Part shown: piece after piece, positions 51,080-62,898 of the stretch
How positions within the stretch are numbered: position 1 is the stretch's first letter
Layout of the letters: the number at the start of each line of letters is the position of its first letter
Assembly: GCA_035084275.1 (NCBI GenBank)
Contig: JAYJKW010000485.1
Location: 1-64,000 of the forward strand
Origin: Hydrolagus colliei
Taxonomy: Eukaryota
Direction of reading: 5' to 3'
Length of the DNA stretch: 64,000 nucleotides
Notes under the pieces: model-generated
Told to the model about the DNA's origin: nothing
Databases searched by the model: none
What the model saw: only the letters and a program-made list of their open reading frames with translations
Made by a program: the position numbers and the translations under genes

Positions 51080-51182
51080 CTAACAAAAGCAAAACACAAT
51101 ATAATTTAACATTTAAGATAATTAACAGTTATTTGAATAAAATAAACTGACTCGCACATGTAAGACCTTCTCAATTGTGGTA

Positions 51183-52340
51183 CAAGTAAGCCTCGATTTA
51201 CGACACTTCTATTTAGGACATTTTGATTGAAGGACCATAATTTTTTTTTATCACCTTTTGATCGATGTACAAAACTTGGATTTGTTTTAAGGACCCAAAT
51301 TTTTTTGGGCGCATGCGCAGTACATATCGCGGTCACATTTCGCACATCCATTTTGTCCATACGCACAGTCCATAGTGTATTCGTGGGTAAATCCAAGTAT
51401 TTGAACTGGCCAATAGCATGTCACCACGTCATTGTTTAAAAGCCAGCTGGTTTTGAAGCGACACCACGCTAGTGTTACAGTAATTTCCGAACATTCCCGA
51501 GCGATTTACAGCCTCTACTGCGCTTCTACCAAATCGGGGAAGAGACAGCAGAAAGTGAAATGAGCAGAGGGAGTACCGCTAGCGGCCAGAAACCCCGCAA
51601 AGTCATCACTTTAATATCAAATTGATGGTGATAAAGCGCATCAATTCTGATGAAAAAGGTACGGACGTCGGGAGGCTTTAGGGCTAGCTAGATCGATGGT
51701 GGCTACTGTAAAACAGAATAAGGACAATATACTGGCAAGTTCAAGGTGTGTTACAGCTACAGATGCAAGCAGATTAGCAAAACATAGGAGTGATGTGATG
51801 GAAAACACGGAAAGAATGCTGAGTGTCTGGATTGAGAATCAGAACCAGCGTAATGTGCCACTCAACACTCTGGTTATCTAAGAAAAGGCAAAATCATTGT
51901 TTAGGGAATTAAATGATCAGGAAGGAGAGGCTCAATGGCACCATCTTTCAGTGCTGGCAGAGGGTGGTTTCAAAGGTTTAAAAGACGCTATGGGCTCCAC
52001 AACATCAAGATGAGTGGGGAAGCTGTAAGTGCCACTGCCACTGTCACACTGCCGGTATTAAAGTTTGCCAGTAGTGTACCGTATTAAAGTTTGCCAGTAT
52101 TAAAGTACAATACTGTACAGTTACCCCAAGTACCCCTTCTTGCCTATGTGTATTAATTTGTGTGTTATGTTGTGTGGTTTTGTGTGTTATTTAGTGGGTT
52201 TAAGGTCCGAAAATTTTGTGAAAAGAACGCATCTCTGGTTATTTAATGGAACTGCATGGGAAATCACATTTCGATTTAGGACGTTTCGATATAGATAGTT
52301 TTTCAGGAACGCAACCCCGTCGTAAATAGAGGTTTACCTG
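51183..52340 (+). mobile_element. Internally deleted Tigger (pogo family) transposon with a decayed transposase N-terminus
   Basis: TIRs caagtaagcctcgatttacgac / gtcgtaaatagaggtttacctg with TA duplication; broken ORF ...MENTERMLSVWIENQNQRNVPL...EKAKSLF...GWFSRFKRRYGLHNIKMSGEA (CENP-B-type HTH). Confidence 0.9.
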
Positions 52341-53349
52341 TACCAATCTATAAACTGTACTATTGTATATTTTTATTTATGAATCACTTACATTCATATA
52401 GTGCTCTTAACGCATGCTTGTGTCTTGGAGAACTTTGGAGTTGAGCCATTAACTTTAACTTAGACTCAAAATCATATTGAAAGTGAGGGATAAAAGCAAA
52501 CCAGACTATTGCTTAGCATAACAATCTTGCATCTGTCCACCTGTTATTTAAAGTGCAGTACACTGTTATGTTATAACAGTTAAGTTATATTATAGCTACA
52601 ATGCATCTTTAGTAAAAATGGAAAGAGGTGGTGAAATACATTATACAAAATATAATACTTTTCATCTTTTTGTATATCATGCATGTTGATGCTAACATTG
52701 ATGGAAAACAAAAAGTCCTTGAAATTGTGTGAAACTGTTTTATGTTTAATGTAAACATTAGGTAACATTTTTAACATTCTCTTTAAGCTAGTGATTGACG
52801 AGCAAGATTCTCAGCTTCTAGAAAACAAATATAATCAATTCTGACATTAGAATAAACAGTGAAACAGCTACAAAGTTGGCTAAAATTTTGATAAATAGAA
52901 AGTGGGAAACAGCTTTGTACTTAATTAGCCATAGCACTGAGGTTCTGATCTCAAGCTATATATTATTGTGGAAAGCTCCCACTAAGATTAGAGATTGCAA
53001 TGGAGATCAGGCATTTCCCCAGAAGGAGGGAAGGACGGAAGATATTTTTTTTCCCCACTAAGTAGCTATTTGATATCCCTTCGTGCAGTTCAATGCAGCT
53101 ATGCCAACGGCCTGAGTAACCATCCTCACAATAGCTCACAAAGGGAAAAAGGTTTCTACCAACATGAACATGTGGTAAATGACTACCAACAGATGGAAAA
53201 AAGCCTAAAATGTTCACAAATTATCATCCTGAAGAAAGCACTTAAATGGGAAATGCTCCTAGAGACATTAAATAAAATAGCACGCGAGCATTTCAAATCA
53301 TAATTTTTCACCCATATACAGTAAAAAGTTTTAAAAAGAACATTCTTAC

Positions 53350-53421
53350 CAAACTACTGAGGACACAAACACTCTTCTGAACAGTTTCTCTTGTGACATC
53401 TGCCTGTCGAACCTTGAGTGC
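53350..53421 (-). CDS. AVL9: AVL9 exon 4
   Basis: ALKVRQADVTRETVQKSVCVLSSL; 72 nt. Confidence 0.96.
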
Positions 53422-53520
53422 CTAAAAATCAGATTTCAGACTTAATACAATAAAATTTATACATCCTTCTCATCGGGAGGACAAACCAAAGTGCATTCAC
53501 GGTGTTGGACCCAAGTTAAG

Positions 53521-54092
53521 GCCATAAGACCATAAGAATTAGGAGCAGGAGTAGGCCATTCGGCTCTTCGAGCTTGCCCTGCCATTCAATAAAATCATGG
53601 CTGATCTTCTGACCCAACTCTAATTACCTGCCCCATCCCCATATCCCCTAATCCCTCTATTTAAAAAAAAAATCTATCAGTCTCAGCCTTGAAAATGTTC
53701 AGGGACTGAGCATCCACAGCCTTCTGGGGTAGTGAATTCCATAAATTCACTGCCCTCTGAGTGAAGAAATATTTCCTCAACTCCGTTCTAAAAGGCTGAC
53801 CCTTAATTTTAAGACTGTGACCCTTGGTTATAGATTCTCCTACCAGGGGAACCAGTCCCCCAGTCCCTTTATCCATCCCTTTAAGAATCTTATGTTTCAA
53901 CAAGATCCCCCCTAATTCTTCTGTACTCAAGAGAGTTTATTCAACCTATCCTCAGTCATAGATCAGTCCCCTCATCCCAGGAACTAACCTAGTGAATCTA
54001 CGCTGCACCCCCTCTAAGGCAAGTATGTCCTTTATCTAATAAGGAGACCAAAACTGCACACAATACTCCAGGTGCAGTCTCACCAAAGCCCT
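53521..54092 (-). mobile_element. CR1 LINE 3' portion
   Basis: TKGHSLKIKGQPFRTELRKYFFTQRAVNLWNSLPQKAVDAQSLNIFKAETDRF, then CR1 3' UTR and short tandem tail. Confidence 0.92.
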
Positions 54093-55619
54093 TAAGGGTT
54101 AAGGGTAAGAGCCTCAAATGCAAGGATTAAGAGCCGAAAGGGTGGGGAGGCGAAAGATAATTGATAGAGCAGTCAAAAGTTCGTTTAAAATGTGCTTTTA
54201 AACAGAAATATGCATTTGCTATCAAAGGTTTATTGGACATAGATAATCTCACATGTGAAACAAAATACTGTCTGTTTAGCTATTTAATGCATTAAAGTAT
54301 TAATGCATTGTACCATGGTGTGGTAGATCAATTGTACTCTGCACACAGCATTTTCACAAACTCAAACAAATAATGGATGCTATATGGCAGGGTGATTCCA
54401 AGGGAATGGGAAAAGTAAAACCAAACAAATAAACAGGGATAAGAAAGTATTATTTACCTGGTGGACCTTCATTCTCCAAATGAAATGTTTGGAATAGATT
54501 AGATTTGATCACGCTCAAGAATTTCCAGCCAAGGAAATGCTCATGGTAGTGGTCGACTGAGCTCTTATATTGCATTCTTGTGCGCAGTAAGCCTGTCAGT
54601 TCATGCTAGAACCAACATCAGCAAAACGTTCATGGCCCAGGGTACTCTTCAAACACACACAGGCTGGTTATAATACCAGGTTTAATTGTATAACTGAAAT
54701 CATTGCATACAATGGGGTAACCCTGTAAATAGATTTAATATTTACAGAGAAACAGAATTTTTCGACACAGAAGGCAATTTGGCCCTTTGTGTTCGATCCA
54801 TTCCCAATCTCAGGCTTTCAAGTCAACCCTTTTAGCAAAGCACTCTCCAGCTCCTTTCCCACATCCCCCAATGTTATACCACTCAGGGGCTACCAAGCAC
54901 CCTTTACGAAGAAATTCTGTCCAGCCCCGCCTAACTGTTCCAACTCTCATTCCTGAGACTATGCCCCGTCATTGATTCCCAACTGAAGAAAAGGATTCTC
55001 CCAACCCCACTTACTGTCAAGCCCCTCCACCAGAATTGTAAAAATCACAAAATAATTTCCTAATCTTGTGTGCTCCACCCCAGCCAGCCTTTTCCCATAC
55101 ATTGACCATTTCATACTCTGCATCGTCCCTGTGAATCTAAAAATACCAGGAAATTTACAATGCCATTTACAAAAAAAGGAGAAAGTTACGTGTGAAATTT
55201 GAATATATTTCAAACAGGTGAGTGATGAAACATAAAATAATGTCACAGTCATCTTTTGTCAAGGTCGTCTGTGAAAACAATCTAAAATATTTTCATTGTT
55301 TGGCTCGAAGTCAAAGATAAGAAACTGGACTGACTGGAGTGTGGGGACCTGCCTGACTACATACCAAGCCGTCTTTTGAAAAGGAGCCCTTACATGTCAA
55401 TTATCTAAGTTGGAACAGATGAAAATGGAACTAGTGAAATGGGCTACTTTGACAGTTAGGTATTTAGTAAATTATTTGGGATGCCCCAAGGACAGATCAA
55501 AGCAAAGCTACAACCCTAGATGGGGTGGCCGACTACTCAGCCAATGTTACCACCATAGAATTATTTTGTGAACCTGTGATTCAATGGTTTGAGCTCCATC
55601 TCACTAAAGGCAAACTAAC

Positions 55620-55705
55620 CTTAGCTTCAATCTGTCGGTAGCAGGAAATACCGTAAACTGTCCTCCGATTCTCACTCCTTGGAGGCAAGTGAAAATATAT
55701 TGTAT
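55620..55705 (-). CDS. AVL9: AVL9 exon 3
   Basis: (D)TIYFHLPPRSENRRTVYGISCYRQIEAK; 86 nt. Confidence 0.96.
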
Positions 55706-55819
55706 CTGAAAGAAATTGAAAATATATATCAAATCATTTGTAAATTACAGAACAAACTCAGTCTGGGTTGAAAAATTATTATATGTGAAGCTGAAAAATA
55801 TTATTTGCAATTAAGGTGG

Positions 55820-56025
55820 TACTGAAAGGTGCCTGAAAAGGTGACAGAGGCCGATTTGATAACAGGTTTTAAAAGAGAATTAGATCTTTATTTAGGGAAA
55901 ACAGGTCTGTTAGGTTATAGGGAGAGAGCGGGGCAGTGGGATTGAGTTGCTCTTTTCAAAGAGCCGGCACAGACTAGATGGGCCGAACGGCCTCCTTTTG
56001 TGCCATAAAATTCTATGATTCTATG
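55820..56025 (+). mobile_element. CR1 LINE 3' end
   Basis: gagccggcacagactagatgggccgaacggcctcc followed by a (ttctatga)2 tail. Confidence 0.85.
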
Positions 56026-56604
56026 AAACCTGAAACCAAAATAGCTTCCGAAAAGGAAATACAACACAAGTTACTTACTCATCTTTACCGCAAATAAATT
56101 TAAATGAAACCAACAAAAGCTAAATTGGGTGGTTCCATCCGAAAGCTAAATTGGGTGGAAAAATCTAATCTCCAGATTTGTTTGTTCACAGGAATTAACA
56201 CCATACCTCCCTGGGACTTTCATTTCCAGAGAGAGGCTGCAGAGTTTATTCCAAACTACAGTATGTTCATCTGCTTTCTTAATTTAAAACAAAAATAAAA
56301 TCAAGAAAGCCTGGCAAAAATGGAAAAAAGAGTGTTTTTTTTAAAAAAAAGGACAATATGTTTTAGGATATTCTTATATTGCTCCTTGTGAATTATAGCA
56401 ATTTGTGCTATGGTACTTAAATAAATGAATTCATTTTCAGATTTAAGTAACTTTTGGGCAGGTACATCTGCAACTTATTCATGCTTGAGAAGAGGTGGAG
56501 ATTTCCAATGCATTTTATGCATTTATGTGCAGTTAGTGCCAGACATTGTGGAAGGAAATGATGTTTTCACTGTTGATCCACTGAGATGTGGAGTAAGGCC
56601 GGGA

Positions 56605-58440
56605 TAACAACAACAAAACTGAATTTATATAGTGCCTTCCTTGTCAGGAGGAAATCCCAAGGCGCTGGACAGACATTATTCCAAACCCAAGCTCTGTGAA
56701 GGGATTGGGAAGGGTGGAGGGCAGGGGGGAAGGAGATTGATCAAAAGCAGTCAAAGAGGAGAGCTTTGAGGTGGGTCTTGAAGGGAACGAGGGATGGGGC
56801 GAGGTGGAGGGACTGCGGGATGGAGTTTCAGAGGGTTGGGGTGGAATGGCTGAAGGAGCGCCCGCCAATGGTGGGGTGGGCAAGGCGGGGGATGTGAAGC
56901 AAGCCAGAGCAGAGGGAGCGGGCAGATTGGTTGGGGGTTGGAAGGTTGCAGAGGTGGGGGGAGCAAAGCCATGGAGGGTTTTGAAGGTGAGGACCAAGAT
57001 CTTGAATTGTATCCTTTGTGTGATGGGAAATTAGTGGGGTCAGGTGAGGTTGGGGCTGATACGGTCATGGAGCCTAGCGTGGGTGAAGGCACAGGCTGCA
57101 GAGTTCTGGATGATCTGTAGCTTGTGGAGGGAGGAGTTGAGGTGGCAGACAAGCAAAAAGTTTGCATAGTCAAGACTGGATATTATGAATAATAATCCTT
57201 GCATTTGATATAGTGCCTTATCACATCTTCTAAACGTCTCAAAGCAATTCACAGAATATATTGTAAAGTGAATTGACTGTATATTTGTGGTCTTAACGCA
57301 GCAGCCAATTGTGCACAGTATCCCACAAACAGTCGTAGACTGAGTAACCAAATTATTATTATTTTGTTCTTGAGGGATTATTGTCAGGCATGTGAAGTAG
57401 GGAAACTTGCCCATGGTTTCGTCCTGCCGGGAATCGAACCTTAGGTCTCTCACTTGCGAGGTGAGTATTCTAACCACTGAGCTATAGGACTCCACATGCA
57501 TGTATGAGAGTTTCGACAGTGGTGGTATAAGAGAGTGGCAGAGATGGGCAAAGTTGAGGAGAAAGGCAGAGCAGATCATGGCCTGGATGTGGGATAAAAA
57601 GGATAGTTGAGGATTGAACAAAACACCAAGGTTCATCATTGGCTTAGTGAGATGGAGTGGTGATGCTATCAGCACTGTGGTGTGGAGGCACCAATCAGGA
57701 GGGCCTTGGTCTTGTTGACTTTCAGCTGAAGTAAGTTAGCTCTCATCCAGGACTTAATTGTCTTCTATCCAGATAACAGTGGTCCTGGAGTCAAGAGTGC
57801 AGGCAGAGGTACAGTTGGGTGTCATCTGTGTACATGTGGAAATTGATGATGTCACCAAGAGGGAGCAGGTAGACGTTGAAGAGGAGAGAGACCAAGCACA
57901 GAGCCCCGAGGAACGCCACACAATACGGTGAGGGGGCTACAGGAGAAATTGTTTGTGGAGGTGAAGTAGAGGCAGTGTGAGAGGTACAAACGGAACCATT
58001 CAAGGACAGAACGAAGGTTGAGGTGAGAGTAGAGTCGGGGATAAGGATAAAGTGGTTGATGGTGGCGAAGGTAGCAGAGGTCAAAGAGGACGAGGTAGCA
58101 GAAGGAGCCCTGAACAAAATGCGATTTTCCACTTTAACCAGAGCTGTTTCCATGTTGTGGGCGGCACGCAAAAACGATTGGAGGGGATCGTGCAGAGAGT
58201 GGTGGAAGAGGAAAGAGTGAAACTGGGAAGCAACAAGACCTTGGAGAGGAAGGGGAGATGGGATGGTAATTTGAGGGCAGGAATGGGTCCAGGAAGTTTT
58301 TTTTTAACGGATTGGAATGATGATGAGCATTTTTAAAAGGTGTGTGTGGGGGGGGGGGAAATCAGCACCAGTGGACAGGGTGAGGTCAATGATGTTTGTG
58401 AGTAGATGGGCAAGGAGGTGGACCTGGGAGGTAAGGAAAC
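56605..58440 (-). mobile_element. Degraded L2 LINE (RT domain) interrupted by a SINE
   Basis: RAAHNMETALVKV, LLFNVYLLPLGDIINFHMYTDDTQLYL and NLGVLFNPQLSF remnants; SINE inserted at 57188-57495. Confidence 0.87.
57188..57495 (-). mobile_element. Full-length tRNA-derived SINE nested in L2
   Basis: Head gtggagtcctatagctcagtggttag...ggttcgattccc; the L2 sequence resumes on both sides. Confidence 0.9.
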
Positions 58441-58445
58441 TGGTA

Positions 58446-58664
58446 TAGTAAAAGCCTGTTTATCCGTGACCCGATCAACCGTAATTTCCTTTTAACTGGC
58501 ACCTTTTTTAACTGCCCCCAAAAAAGGCCGCATTCGATTAACCGGAATTTATGTGGAAAAATGCATTAAAAAATTTTTTTGTGTGTGTTCAGCTGAATAT
58601 CCGGCATATGCTTTAACTGGCATTGGCCAGGTCCCAAGGGTGCTGGATAAACGGGCTTTTACTG
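58446..58664. mobile_element. Short family A MITE
   Basis: tagtaaaagcctgtttatccg / ggataaacgggcttttactg with TA flanks; reverse complement of 4915-5126. Confidence 0.85.
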
Positions 58665-59140
58665 TAGTGAGTTTCATGTGGGTTAAAGTGGTGATGAGAA
58701 GAGAAAGATGTGGGGGACGGGATTGAAGGTGTTGAGGGAAGGATAGGTAGCGGGTGAGAGGGGGAGATGGGGAGAGAGTGGAGCAAAACGCAGCAGCCAA
58801 CTGTACATAGGAGTGTCCCACAAATAGGCATGGAGTGAGCGATTTTTTGTTTGGGGGGGGGGGGAGGGATTAGCCCCAGAAAGTGATCCACCAATTGACT
58901 AACAACCAGGATCCTATTTACTTCTAGGCGAACACAGGCGTGAAAAGTAAGGAAATCCACCTAAGGTTTTGCCTTGCGCAGGAATCAAAAACCTGGATTT
59001 TCACAAGTGCAAGCTCGCTTGCTCGCTAGCTAACCACCATGCTATGGGAAGCTACTACTTCTCATAGCAGTACAGGGGAAGTAAAGAGAAGAGAAGTAAA
59101 ACTAATACTGAAATTAGGCTCAGCTTTACTTCTAACTTAC

Positions 59141-59261
59141 CTTCCTGATAGTTATGGGCTCCATCTGGGAGAGCCAGAAATGGCAAGTATTTCCACTCCT
59201 CGGGCAAGCTGTGGCTGTCATGCCCTTCCCCTGGAACTAATGGGGGATATGAAAATTCAAC
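59141..59261 (-). CDS. AVL9: AVL9 exon 2 (exon 1 is outside the window)
   Basis: VEFSYPPLVPGEGHDSHSLPEEWKYLPFLALPDGAHNYQE; 121 nt; cttcag| and |gtaagt. Exons 2-16 total 1848 nt in one frame. Confidence 0.97.
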
Positions 59262-59444
59262 CTGAAGTTACAAGAAGAAAGAATATATTGAGCATTAGCA
59301 GCATATAATAAAGTTGTATTTTACACAGTTTGCAAAATTTGAACAGGAGTTCTTATATCCTAAACATTTCTACTGGGAGCAAGGAAACAACACTCAGCTC
59401 CTGTTAACCCTGCAAGCCAAAACCCTAACAGGTAGTGTGGTCCT

Positions 59445-59950
59445 ACAACAACAAAATTACATTTATAGAAGGCCTTTCACGTCTGGAGGATGTGCCAAGG
59501 CGCTGAACAATCAGATCGGGACCCGAGCAAGGGAGAGGGGCATGGTAGGGGGGGGAGGACTGGGAGAGAGTTAGGAGGGGAAGCGAGAGAGTTGGGAGGA
59601 CAGCAGAAGGCACGATCGAAGAGGAGGGTCTTGAGACCGGGTCTGAAGGAGGCAAGGGAGGAAGCGAGGTGAAGGGACTGTGGGATGGTTCCAGAGGGTG
59701 GGGGCAGAGAGGCTGAAAGCCTGTCCGCCGATGGTAGGGTGGGTCGGGCAGGGGAAATGGAGCAGACTGGAGCCCGCTGAACGGAGGGGGAGGAGAGGTT
59801 CATAGGGGAACAGCAGGGGAACATAGGGGAACAACACCATGAATGGCCTTGAAACTGAGGACGAGGATCTTGTATTCAATCCTTTGGGATAGGGATCCAG
59901 TGGAGCCGGGCAAGGGTGGGAGTGATGTGGTCACGGAGCAGGTGGCATGG
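59445..59950 (-). mobile_element. L2 LINE 3' fragment
   Basis: Tail and stem-loop; PLRSAGSSLLH..TIGGQAFS..APTLWN remnant. Confidence 0.85.
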
Positions 59951-60016
59951 ATTTAGCTGGTCAAAGAGCTGGAAAGCTTGCCAGACAGTAATATCAATGG
60001 CAAGCTACGTGATTTT

Positions 60017-60138
60017 AGAAAGTATTGGGTGCAGATTGGGCCAATGTTTGGAGACCCCAGAGTGTGCAGTACTACAATGCACACTCTAGGGTCTCCAAGC
60101 TTTGGCCCATACCAATCTGCACCCAATCAATACTTTCT
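60017..60138. repeat. Near-perfect inverted repeat (hairpin, ~52-bp arms, 9-nt loop)
   Basis: agaaagtattgggtgcagattgg..ttggagaccccagagtgtgca / tgcacactctagggtctccaa..ccaatctgcacccaat..aatactttct. Confidence 0.9.
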
Positions 60139-60159
60139 GCAATTAGGTAAGCAGGATAC

Positions 60160-60517
60160 TAATAATCCTTTCATTTGATATAGCATCTTATCACATCTTC
60201 AAGACTCTCAAAGTACTTCACAGAACATAATGTAAAGTGAATTGACTATTTTGTGGGAGAAACGGAGCAGTCAATTGCAGAGCAGTTTCCCACAGTTATA
60301 TACAGAATAACAAAATTATTATCATAATCTTCTGAAGGGATTATTACCCCCGAAAAAGCGGTTTGCTAATCAACTAACAACCAAATTCCTATTACAGCAA
60401 GCTAAACAGAGGCATTTTGAGTAAGGAAACTTGCCTCAGGTTTCACCCAGCCTGGGATTCGAACCCAGATGCTCTCGCTTGCGAGACAAGAGCTCTAACC
60501 ACTGAGTTCCAGGACTT
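60160..60517 (-). mobile_element. tRNA-derived SINE (longer variant) splitting an older repeat
   Basis: Head tcagtggttagagctcttgtctcgcaagcgagag..gggttcgaatccc on the minus strand, plus the tail. Confidence 0.82.
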
Positions 60518-61683
60518 CGCCAGGGAAAGAGTGCGCATTATACCCCAACAATCTATCTCTGGAATTTCCATGTGTAGGTGGGATGCGTGGAATTCGCAGA
60601 TTGGTTTGGATGCTCTTAAGCTGGTGATGGGTTCTGTTATGTGTTAGACACCCAGCTGCCCCCCAAAAAAATTCTGCAAAGTTAGAATATGTAAAATATT
60701 TCAGTAAGAATCTATTCATGTTTTGAATTCCATCTTTAAGTTAAATAAATTGGATTTTGTTACACCACAAGATACATCATGTTCCTTCAACCTGTATATG
60801 GAAAAGAGGAACAGAAAATACACGGAAGCTTCAGTCAGTGAAGAAACCACAGTACAATTACTGGGAAATAATTCCGTAAATTAATAATGACTGCTAATTC
60901 TTAAAAAAAATTTAAAATACAAAGTATTTATATACATATTACAAGGTACAGTACAGGTATTCCTCCCCAACTACGTTCCTGTAAACCTTTGCGGTTGGAA
61001 AAATCGCGGTTGGAAAATACAGGGCGCTATGCGAAACATGGGGATAGGGGGAGCAAGTTCACGTTTACTAAAACTAAACACAAAAAAACACATGCAGTTA
61101 TAACATACATGGGGAAAGGGGGAGTAAGTTTGGGCGTATCTGCAGCAATCCGCGAGGCTGTCTGACTGACTCTCTACCCAGAGAGAGAGAGAGACACGGA
61201 GGGTGGGGTGGTGACACAGAGGGCTGGGGGGGGCTGTCTGACTGATATACAGAGGGTGGGAGGGGGTGACACGGAGGACTGAGGAGGTGCTTTCTGACTG
61301 ATACAGATAGACACAGGGAGAGAGAGGTAGAGGGGAGGGGTGGGGGGAAGAGGTGAAATTGAGAGAAAGTGAGAGGGAAGTGGGGGTGAGAGAGGGGAGG
61401 TGGGGGGGAAGAGAAGGTGAGTTAGAGAGAAGGTGAGAGAGAGAAGGAGAATGGGGGCAGGTGGGGGGGAAGAGAAGGTGAGTCAGAGAGAGGTGAGAGC
61501 GGGGGTGGTGGTGACATGGAGGGCTGGGGAGGGGTGACACGGAGGGCTGGGGGGGTGCTGTCTTGACTAATCTACAGAGAGACAGACACGGAGTGTAGGG
61601 GGGGGTGACATGGAGGGTTTGGGGGGGGCTGTCTGACTGACTGATAAGACAGAGAGAGGGGGGGGTGGGGAGAAGAGAAGGTG

Positions 61684-61912
61684 AGTCAGAGAGAAGGTGA
61701 GAGAGAAGGGGGGGTGGGGGAGCGGGGGAAGAGAAGGTGGGTCAGAGAGAGAAGGTGAGAGAGAAGGAGGGTGGGGGAGCGAGGGAAGAGAAGGTGGGTC
61801 AGAGAGAGAAGGTGAGAGAGAAGGGGGGTGGGGGAGCGAGGGAAGAGAAGGTGGGTCAGAGAGAGAAGGTGAGAGAGAAGGGGGGTGGGGGAGCGAGGGA
61901 AGAGAAGGTGAA
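61684..61912. repeat. 57-bp purine-rich minisatellite, about 4 copies
   Basis: Unit gtcagagagagaaggtgagagagaaggggggtgggggagcgagggaagagaaggtgg; visible as a 19-aa repeat in the ORF track. Confidence 0.9.
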
Positions 61913-62095
61913 ATGTGAGAGAGAGTGGGGGGTGATGGAGGGGAGGGTGGGGGGAAGAAAAGGTGAAATAGAGAGTGAGATCTGCAGATGCTGGCAGCCA
62001 ACGCTCTCAAACTTGCTAGCTAGGCTGCAGAGAAGTAACAATAAATTCATGTTACTGTATTTACCTTAATCCTAAGAGAGAAGCGTTGTCACTGG

Positions 62096-62898
62096 TGTAG
62101 GCTTCTGTAATTAATGTGTTCATTAATATCTCAAATTATTGTATTGGCGATTTGAGACATATGTAACCAATTGCACCTGATAGGACTTGGTTGTGACCAG
62201 CTTGGAAGAGGAGACAAGGGATTGTGTATAAACAACAAAGTGTTTTCAGTTTATATCAGCAATCGTCTCATGGAGATATGGTCTGCAGCTGGAGAGGGAG
62301 CTGTGTTGCGTTTGTTTTTGCACAGGAACCATCTTGCAAAGGACAATGGGTGAAAGGTCACCCAATGAACTGAATAAAGGGAGATCGATTCAAGAAGAGA
62401 GAAATCGAGGAAGAAGAAAGGAGAGATTGGAACTTGGAGTCGCAAATCCATGTTTCAGCTTCGGGAGAAAAGATCAAGACTGAGTGGAACAACTCTAGGT
62501 GCACAATGGTACTTGGATACCGAACTAGAATTGGCACAATAATACCCAGATACTGGAAATTGAACTGGGAATGGCACAATAATACCTGCATACTTGGAAA
62601 TGGAGATCGAACTGGAAATCGTACAAAAACACTTGGATACCGTTTGATGGACATATTTGGACTAATCTGGACATTAAATTGTACTTTGCTACTCTATCTC
62701 TCCCACAGCAGACGGTTTGGTCAACTTTGGTCAACTCATTGTGAGCTATGCGTAGATAAGTAAGCATTGTTGTGATGAATACTTTGAATTTCTTATAATT
62801 ATTACTAACCTGAATTAATAAAGATGCATATTAATTGTACAACATTTGTATCAGTCCTTACTTCACCGCAGGGTCACAAATTTAAATAGACTCTTACA
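62096..62898 (+). mobile_element. Solo LTR (803 bp)
   Basis: TGTAGG...CTTACA termini, 4-bp duplication ctgg on both sides, AATAAA at 62817-62822; absent from the sister element at 28903-29722. Confidence 0.85.

Noticed and set aside
60971-62069. Pro/Ser- and Gly/Glu-rich repetitive ORFs
   Set aside because: Artefacts of GA-rich tandem repeats within the family B element.
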